Assembly (NCBI GenBank): GCA_041791495.1
Contig: JBHBLB010000050.1
Span: forward strand, 9,522-73,521
DNA length: 64,000 bases
Source of the DNA: Porphyromonas sp.
GTDB taxonomy: Bacteria; Bacteroidota; Bacteroidia; Bacteroidales; Porphyromonadaceae
Reading direction: 5' to 3'
The first letter of the stretch is position 1; each line of letters starts with the position of its first letter. The position numbers were made by a program, and so were the translations under genes. The notes under the pieces were generated by a model. The model worked only from the letters and a program-made list of their open reading frames with translations. It was not told where the DNA came from and made no database searches. Shown here piece after piece: positions 57,473-64,000 of the stretch.

Positions 57473-60091
57473 ATGAGGCTCGACAACTTTGGCATTCTTT
57501 TGGTGGCGTTCATACTTATTTGTTGTATGAACTCCCTTGTGAGCGCATCTGCACAAGGAGTAGAGACTTACGAAAGGTCCGATAGCGTACATCTCTCTAC
57601 CGTCAAGATTGTCGATGCTATTACGAACACCGGGGTCGCCTATGCCATGGTGACCCACTCGGTATCCCCACAAGATGAGTTCTACACCGACCATCGGGGG
57701 GTACTAACCTTGGCTCTGGACGGACGTTGGGTACGACAGCGAGGTCTCCTTACCGTAGTCGTCATCCGCCAAGGATACCAAGCGCACAAGCACACGTTCT
57801 ATCCCGCAGATCATCTCGGCGATACCGTTGCGATAGCGGTAATGCCTGCGGGCAAAGTCTCTCGCGATATCGTCGTGGAGACTCAGCGGTCGAAGTACTC
57901 CGCGCGCAACAATCCTGCAGTGGATCTTATGGATACGCTCATCCTCAATAAGCGCATCGTCCCGGAGGAGTTTTCCTATCGGGCGTACGACAAGCTCAAT
58001 CTTGCACTTGCCAACTTCGACCTCAACAACCGTGCACTTAACCGTCTTTTCCCTTTCTTTCGCAGATACGTTACCGCCTCCAAGCTGGACGGCAAGTGGG
58101 TCTTACCGATCTCTCTGCGGGAGTCTGTCACAGATCTCGGCGTGAATCCTACCGAAAGTTCGCCGAGAGAAGTGATACGTTACCGCAAGCGTACCGGTAT
58201 CGATCAGAACATCGACGATGGGACGATGACGCAAAGTCTCGAAGAGATCTTCCCCCGTATCGACATCAACGACAACGACATCAAGCTCCTCAACAATAGA
58301 TTTGTATCTCCTCTCTCTACAAGTGCCAAGAGGTTCTACAAGTTTTACCTCACCGACACCATCATTTCACGGGGAAGGGTCGTGCGGGTGATACAGTATT
58401 ATCCGTTCAATCCTCGCACCTTTTGTTTCAGGGGACGCCTCTTCGTGACCATGGATGACGAACCAAAAGTGATACGAAGTGAGATGGAAGTGCCCAAGAC
58501 AATTAATCTCAACTTTGTCAATGAGCTAAAGATCTCGCAGACATTCAAGGAAGAAGAAGGAGGCAGGTGGGTGGTCGATGAGGAAGATATGAACATCAGC
58601 TTCTCCCTCTTCCGTAAGCTCCTCTCTCTCTATGCCGAGCACACACGTAAGTACGACCGGTACAACTTCTCCTCTCCCGACACTCTCCTCACGCGTCATC
58701 CCGTAAGGGTGCGCAACCTTTCCCGGACTCCCGAAGCACGACGATACGGTGAAGAGCTCGAGTCCGACCCGTTCCTTGCCTCCGACCATGGGCTCAAGGA
58801 GTTCCTCGGAGAGGTACGTAGTATTCCTCTTTACCGTATCATCATAGATGCCGCAGAGATGATTTCCGGTGGCTATGTCCGCACGGACTATATCCCAGGT
58901 AAGATATATGGGGGGAGCAAGTTCGATATAGGTCCTCTCTCGACCCTGTACGGGCAGAATAACATTGAGGGACTCCGCCTCCGTCTCGGCGGGAGATCTA
59001 CGGCATTCCTTTCCCCCCACTTCTTCATCTCAGGCTATGGGGCCTACGGCTTCAAGGATAAGGAGTGGAAGTACAGTGTACAAGCCACCTTCACCCCTAC
59101 GGCAAAGCGCTACTTCCTCGACGAGTACCCCAAGCAGGACATCACCCTCAAGCACGAGTACGACCTCTATACGCCCGGGCAGATGTTCGACAACGACAAC
59201 AAGGACAATATCCTTCGCAACATAGGTACTGCATATCTCACCAGCCGCTCCTACCGCAAGACCTGGCACTTGCGTTACCGACAGGATTTCCACACAGGCC
59301 TATCCGTGGACCTGTACGGTCAGCACGCCATAGATCGTCCTACCGGTTCGCTCTCATACGTGAAGGTGAGGCGAGACTCCACACTTATACGCATCCCACG
59401 TATGTGTGACGTCTCTGTGGGGATCAAGCTGCGGTATGCTCCCGGAGAGAGAGTCTATGAGGGCAACCGTACCTCCTCCGACCGCAGACACATCCAGCGG
59501 GACTTCCCCATCTTCACACTCAAGCACGAGACCTCGCTCAAGGCATTGGGCGGTGACTTTGCATTCCACCGTACCGAGGTCGGGATAGAGCAGAGGCTAT
59601 GGCTCTCTTCGTTCGGCAACATAGACTATCGCCTTACGGCAGGTAAGATCTGGAATAGCGTGCCCTTCCCTCTCCTGTACACTCCGCCTACCAACTCTGC
59701 TATCGCCTACAATGACTTTGCATTCCAGCTCCTCAAGCCTATGGAATACATCGGTGACGAGTACGCCACACTCTTTGCCTCCTATCATCTTCGTGGGCTG
59801 ATCCTCAACTTTATCCCTCTCATCAATAGGCTACATGCCCGAGAGGTCATCACCTTCAATGCCCTCTACGGTAATACTACGACGCTCAACCGTGCCGAGA
59901 CGAGCAGTGAGCTCTTCCTATTGCCCAACCTCTCGACAGAGATGCGGGGGAAGTTCTATGCCGAGATTGGCTTCGGACTTGAGAATATCTTCCGGATCCT
60001 TCGCATAGATGTCTTCAAGCGGCTTACCCCACCCGGTCCCTTTGCCGGCCCGAAGTATGGTATCAAGGGGGCGTTGCGTCTCGACTTCTGA
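57473..60091 (+). CDS. DUF5686-family outer-membrane protein with N-terminal carboxypeptidase-regulatory-like domain
   Basis: Signal peptide, NNPAVDLM, FVSPL, YKFYLTDT, IEGLRLRLGG and terminal LRLDF. Probable start 57473. Confidence 0.8.
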   Translation: MRLDNFGILLVAFILICCMNSLVSASAQGVETYERSDSVHLSTVKIVDAITNTGVAYAMVTHSVSPQDEFYTDHRGVLTLALDGRWVRQRGLLTVVVIRQGYQAHKHTFYPADHLGDTVAIAVMPAGKVSRDIVVETQRSKYSARNNPAVDLMDTLILNKRIVPEEFSYRAYDKLNLALANFDLNNRALNRLFPFFRRYVTASKLDGKWVLPISLRESVTDLGVNPTESSPREVIRYRKRTGIDQNIDDGTMTQSLEEIFPRIDINDNDIKLLNNRFVSPLSTSAKRFYKFYLTDTIISRGRVVRVIQYYPFNPRTFCFRGRLFVTMDDEPKVIRSEMEVPKTINLNFVNELKISQTFKEEEGGRWVVDEEDMNISFSLFRKLLSLYAEHTRKYDRYNFSSPDTLLTRHPVRVRNLSRTPEARRYGEELESDPFLASDHGLKEFLGEVRSIPLYRIIIDAAEMISGGYVRTDYIPGKIYGGSKFDIGPLSTLYGQNNIEGLRLRLGGRSTAFLSPHFFISGYGAYGFKDKEWKYSVQATFTPTAKRYFLDEYPKQDITLKHEYDLYTPGQMFDNDNKDNILRNIGTAYLTSRSYRKTWHLRYRQDFHTGLSVDLYGQHAIDRPTGSLSYVKVRRDSTLIRIPRMCDVSVGIKLRYAPGERVYEGNRTSSDRRHIQRDFPIFTLKHETSLKALGGDFAFHRTEVGIEQRLWLSSFGNIDYRLTAGKIWNSVPFPLLYTPPTNSAIAYNDFAFQLLKPMEYIGDEYATLFASYHLRGLILNFIPLINRLHAREVITFNALYGNTTTLNRAETSSELFLLPNLSTEMRGKFYAEIGFGLENIFRILRIDVFKRLTPPGPFAGPKYGIKGALRLDF

Positions 60092-60187
60092 TTTCGGAAA
60101 AAACGGAAGTCAATCCTTGGCGGATTGGCTTATTGTTGCTATGTTTGTCGTAGGGAGTTACTGACTTAATAAGAAAGGAGTTACATC

Positions 60188-60685
60188 ATGAAAAAGATTA
60201 TACTGCTTGTAGTATGCGGCATGATGCTGGCATCTTGCGCCATCTTCGGGGGAAAGAAAGGCGAAGGTTACGTAGCGGGCAAGAGCTTTGTCGATGACGA
60301 AGCCTTGAGGAGCTATCTGGACGGACGGGATTGGACGTTCGAGGTAGACAATATCTTCGGACGTTATGTGCCGAGTACCTTCAATCCGCATGGATATGGC
60401 TTGCAAGTCAAGGGCGATAGTGTGCTGTGCTACCTGCCTTTCTTCGGACGCTCGTACCGTGCCTCTATGATGGGAGAGGGCCCGATGACCTTTGAGTCGA
60501 AGATGAGTCGCTACTCCGTCAGCCCCAACAGCAAGGGGGGAGTGAACGTTCGTATCGAAGCGCACAATAGAGACCGCAATGGGGTGACGCTCAACTTCCT
60601 GATCTATCCCAACGGAGCTGTGTCTCTCAATATGACTTCTGACCATACCGAAGGGCTCATCTACCACGGTCATCTCAAAGAATAA
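60188..60685 (+). CDS. DUF4251-like lipoprotein
   Basis: Lipobox LAS-C; LQVKGDSVLCYLPFFGRSY and YHGHL. Confidence 0.75.
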   Translation: MKKIILLVVCGMMLASCAIFGGKKGEGYVAGKSFVDDEALRSYLDGRDWTFEVDNIFGRYVPSTFNPHGYGLQVKGDSVLCYLPFFGRSYRASMMGEGPMTFESKMSRYSVSPNSKGGVNVRIEAHNRDRNGVTLNFLIYPNGAVSLNMTSDHTEGLIYHGHLKE

Positions 60686-60737
60686 CCCGAAGCGACAATG
60701 CCCGGATCGGGGCAAAAACTTGTCGATAACGGTATAT

Positions 60738-60831
60738 CAAGTAATAATCTGGGGCTGAAAATCACTTTTCAGCCCCAGATTATTACTTTTCCACTCCTGG
60801 AAACTACCTTTCCGCCCTTGAATACAACTTT
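60738..60831. repeat. 94-bp modular element, copy J
   Basis: caagtaataatc-tggggct-gaaaatcacttttc-agcccca-gattattacttttc-cactcct-ggaaactacctttc-cgccctt-gaatacaacttt. Confidence 0.9.
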
Positions 60832-60935
60832 GTGTCCGGACGTGACTAATTTCCGTACGGCAAGGAGGCGACTTCGACCCCCGAAGAGGTGGGGTTCTCG
60901 TGCGTTCCTTGGTGGAACAGAGCCGATTGGCGAGG

Positions 60936-60966
60936 TTGTGCAGCTTGCTATGAATAGTTATATTTG
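60936..60966 (+). promoter_or_regulatory. Sigma-A promoter for DUF805-cobB-dgt
   Basis: TTG at 60936-60938, 20-nt spacer, TATATTTG at 60959-60966. Confidence 0.6.
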
Positions 60967-61006
60967 TGCATAACAATTACCAAACTAACACTAATTCTTA
61001 CAAACA

Positions 61007-61390
61007 ATGGAACAGTCATTATTTCAACATTTTACGAACGTCTATCACAAATATTTCGACTTCAATGGCAGATCTCGCCGTTCGGAGTATTGGGGCTTCA
61101 ACCTTTATTATATGATTATTATGCTCATCCTTACGACCCTTGAGTATATGTTCATTGATACGTTTATGATCTATATGCTACTGATTGGGGTCAGTGCTAT
61201 CTTCGGACTCGTTTCGTTCATCCCTGCTTTGGCAGTGACTGTACGCAGGCTGCACGACACAGGCAAGAGCGGATGGCGCATCCTCTGGATACTCCTCCCG
61301 TTGATAGGTTCAATCATGCTGATAGTATGGCTCTGTCAGGACAGTACGCCAGGATCCAACGAATACGGTGAGAACCCCAAAGGACTATAA
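61007..61390 (+). CDS. DUF805 (YhaH-like) inner-membrane protein
   Basis: YFDFNGRSRRSEYW, VTVRRLHDTGKSGW and NEYGENP. Confidence 0.93.
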   Translation: MEQSLFQHFTNVYHKYFDFNGRSRRSEYWGFNLYYMIIMLILTTLEYMFIDTFMIYMLLIGVSAIFGLVSFIPALAVTVRRLHDTGKSGWRILWILLPLIGSIMLIVWLCQDSTPGSNEYGENPKGL

Positions 61391-61395
61391 TACCA

Positions 61396-62097
61396 ATGGA
61401 TCGAAAACCGATACTCACCGTGCTCAGTGGGGCAGGAATGAGTGCCGAGAGCGGCCTCGCTACATTCAGAGACTCGGACGGGCTATGGGCGAAGTACAAC
61501 ATCGAGGATGTCTGTACGCCCGAAGCCCTGAGAAGCAACCCGAAACTGGTGACGGAGTTCTACAATATGCGGAGGCGAGAGTGCGCCAAGGCTCAGCCGA
61601 ACGACGCTCATCGCCTCCTTGCTGACCTGGAGCGTGACTACGATGTACGTATAGTGACACAGAACGTGGACGATCTCCATGAACGCGCCGGCTCGACACA
61701 TGTCATACACCTGCACGGAGAGCTCTTCAAGTGTGCCTCTACTGCCGATCCCTACACTCCGCTACCTCTCCCCGAGGGGCGTATCGAACTGACCGTAGAG
61801 GATAGAGACGAGCAGGGCTATATGCTGAGGCCGTTCATCGTCTTCTTCGGTGAGCAGGTGCCGAGACTTGAGGAGGGCGCGCGTGAGGTGCAGAGAGCCG
61901 ACATCTTCCTTATCATAGGGACTTCGCTCAATGTATATCCTGCCTCGGGGCTCGTCCGCTACGTGCGGAGCGACACTCCGGTATTCCTCATCGACCCTAA
62001 CGAAGTAAATGCCGGAGCGGGCGTGCACTACATCCGCTCGGGTGCCTCGGAGGGGATAAAGACTTTCGTACGACTTCTCAAAGAAAAAGGACTATGA
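61396..62097 (+). CDS. cobB: NAD-dependent protein deacylase (class III sirtuin)
   Basis: GAGMSAESGLATFR, YxxR (FYNMRR), TQNVDDLHERAG, HLHGE and GTSLNVYPA. Confidence 0.93.
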   Translation: MDRKPILTVLSGAGMSAESGLATFRDSDGLWAKYNIEDVCTPEALRSNPKLVTEFYNMRRRECAKAQPNDAHRLLADLERDYDVRIVTQNVDDLHERAGSTHVIHLHGELFKCASTADPYTPLPLPEGRIELTVEDRDEQGYMLRPFIVFFGEQVPRLEEGAREVQRADIFLIIGTSLNVYPASGLVRYVRSDTPVFLIDPNEVNAGAGVHYIRSGASEGIKTFVRLLKEKGL

Positions 62098-63440
62098 GCA
62101 CTCAACCGAAGCGCATGGAGTGGGAGAGATTGATAAGTGACCGGAGGTTCGGTCTCGAAGATTATGAAGCCCCTCAGCAGACACGTACCGACTTTCAGCG
62201 GGACTACGACAGGCTGATATTCTCTGCCCCGTTCCGCCGGCTCCAGAACAAGACACAGGTCTTCCCCCTCCCGGGTAAGATCTTTGTGCACAACAGGCTG
62301 ACACACAGCCTGGAAGTCTCCTGTATAGGTCGTTCACTCGGGACACAGGTAGGGCGAGAGATCAAGGCTCGTTACCCGGAGCTGTCGGCAGACTTCTCCG
62401 ACTTCGGTGCCATAGTGTCGGCAGCTTGTCTGGCACATGACATGGGGAACCCTCCTTTCGGTCACGCCGGGGAGCGTGCCATTACCGCTTACTTCACCGA
62501 AGGGAAGGGGCAGCGATGGGAAGAGGAGGTACGTCGTGCAGAGGACAGGTGGGAGGACTTTGCCCACTTCGAGGGGAACGCCAATGCCATCCGTCTGCTT
62601 ACCCATGCCTTCAAGGGGCGTAGAGATGGAGGATTTGTGCTGACTTACAGCACCCTCGCTTCGATAGTGAAGTACCCTCATACCTCTTTGGACAACAAAC
62701 ATAAGTTCGGATTCTTTCAGACCGAACAGGAGTCTTACGCCCGCATAGCCGAACATCTCGGGATCCCCCGCCTGTCCGGAGAGGGAGAGCCTCCGAAGTT
62801 TGCCCGCCACCCACTGGTCTACCTCGTCGAAGCAGCCGACGATATCTGTTACCAGATTATGGACATCGAGGATGCTTTCAAGCTAAAGATACTGAGCTAT
62901 GATACGACTGTCGAGCTCTTGTCCGCGTTCTTCGACCCTGACCGTCTGGGTCGTATCAGGCAGAGAATGGAGAAAGTGGAGGATGTGAACGAAAGGATCG
63001 CTTATCTTCGTTCGGCTGTCATAGGTGAGATGGTAGATGCTTGTGTCGATACCTTCCTTCGACATGAGGAGGAGATACTGTGCGGGACGTTTGAAAAATC
63101 CCTTACCGACCGGATGCCTGTGCGACAAAGTAACGCTTACGACGCCTGCCGAAAGATGGCGTATAGGCATATCTACAATGCCAAAGAGGTACTTGATATA
63201 GAGCTTGCCGGATTTCGTATCTTCGAGTACCTGCTCGATACGCTGATAGAGGTACAACGCAAACCGAACCATGCCTACTCCCGACTGTGGTTCAATCGCA
63301 TCCCACCGCAGTACGATATGGAACGCCCCAGCCTCTATGGTAAGATCCAGACAGCACTGGACTATATCTCGGGCATGACCGATGTATATGCTCTCGACCT
63401 CTATCGCAAGTTCACAGGGATGAGTTTGCCGGCAGTATGA
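62094..63440 (+). CDS. dgt: Deoxyguanosinetriphosphate triphosphohydrolase
   Basis: RRLQNKTQVF, HNRLTHSLEV, AHDMGNPPFGH, FEGNAN, EAADDICY and DYISGMTD. Confidence 0.95.
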   Translation: MSTQPKRMEWERLISDRRFGLEDYEAPQQTRTDFQRDYDRLIFSAPFRRLQNKTQVFPLPGKIFVHNRLTHSLEVSCIGRSLGTQVGREIKARYPELSADFSDFGAIVSAACLAHDMGNPPFGHAGERAITAYFTEGKGQRWEEEVRRAEDRWEDFAHFEGNANAIRLLTHAFKGRRDGGFVLTYSTLASIVKYPHTSLDNKHKFGFFQTEQESYARIAEHLGIPRLSGEGEPPKFARHPLVYLVEAADDICYQIMDIEDAFKLKILSYDTTVELLSAFFDPDRLGRIRQRMEKVEDVNERIAYLRSAVIGEMVDACVDTFLRHEEEILCGTFEKSLTDRMPVRQSNAYDACRKMAYRHIYNAKEVLDIELAGFRIFEYLLDTLIEVQRKPNHAYSRLWFNRIPPQYDMERPSLYGKIQTALDYISGMTDVYALDLYRKFTGMSLPAV

Positions 63441-64000
63441 TCGACGGGAGCGCACATCAATGGCTGAGGTGGGGGGTCGGCTGGGTATTGGTGCTGCTCT
63501 CCTTTGTTGCCAAAGCACAATCCACGACAGGCTGGTCTCGGTGGCAAGGAGCTACGGAAGGGTTTAGGCTTCGAGACGGGATCCTTTCCGTAGCTGACGA
63601 TGCCGCAACCTCCCCGGTTTCGGTATGGTGCGACTACTCATTAGGAACGGCTAAAGCACAACTCTTTACCCTCGATTGCCTATTCGGACGACTGCCTTCG
63701 TCTCGCAATAGGTTCGAGTGGCAACCCTTCTCCATCACCGAAAGCGGACACGAATACCCGATCACAGTCGAGCCCGCAGCCGACGGGGCCTCTGTCAATC
63801 TCTATCAACGGGATGCGATGGGCCGCAAGCAGATGTTGTCGCATGTACTCCTCCCGTCGCCGCTAAGCGATTGGCAGGAGCTGAAGATCTCGTTGGAGCA
63901 CAGCGATGATGCGCTCCGGCTTAGCGTAAGTACCGCTTCGGGGAGAGTGATAAGCAGTAATCCTGCCGCTCTTGTGCACAAAGGGGCGGTGCAAAGTAGG
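63437..64000 (+). CDS. Secreted protein, 5' part only (runs off window end)
   Basis: Not in ORF track. ATG overlaps the dgt stop (ATGA) and the frame is open for 188 codons: MIDGSAHQWLRWGVGWVLVLLSFVAKA-QSTTGWSRWQG..., with a Sec signal peptide (AxA). Confidence 0.75.
   Translation, partial: MIDGSAHQWLRWGVGWVLVLLSFVAKAQSTTGWSRWQGATEGFRLRDGILSVADDAATSPVSVWCDYSLGTAKAQLFTLDCLFGRLPSSRNRFEWQPFSITESGHEYPITVEPAADGASVNLYQRDAMGRKQMLSHVLLPSPLSDWQELKISLEHSDDALRLSVSTASGRVISSNPAALVHKGAVQSR

Noticed and set aside
61396-63440. Sir2 plus dGTPase as an antiphage defence island
   Set aside because: Both are canonical CobB and Dgt in a core neighbourhood with no mobile or defence genes. Kept only as a low-interest note.

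Overview
A core-chromosome segment of a Bacteroidales bacterium, most likely Porphyromonas-like. This rests on gene order (sdh-bcp-recA, dapB-lepB-wbqC, parE-coaD, rprX-rprY), TAnnTTTG promoters, A-rich leaders without Shine-Dalgarno sites, and many lipoproteins. It holds about 56 protein-coding genes, mostly housekeeping, including two edge-truncated genes missing from the ORF track. I saw no rRNA, tRNA, CRISPR array, integrase, transposase or prophage gene. The main unexplained structure is non-coding: a dispersed intergenic element present 10 times in 64 kb. Every copy has a core of exactly 94 bp built as 12-(7-14)x3-7-12, giving a 21-bp period, and is flanked by degenerate ~22-bp-period arms. 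Individual copies are perfectly self-symmetrised around different centres and carry copy-private variants in both arms. Several sit 118-127 bp upstream of promoter -7 boxes. There is also a compact promoter-to-terminator small-RNA candidate at ~18466-18547 and a catalytically dead signal-peptidase paralogue. All calls are by eye; no database searches were run.
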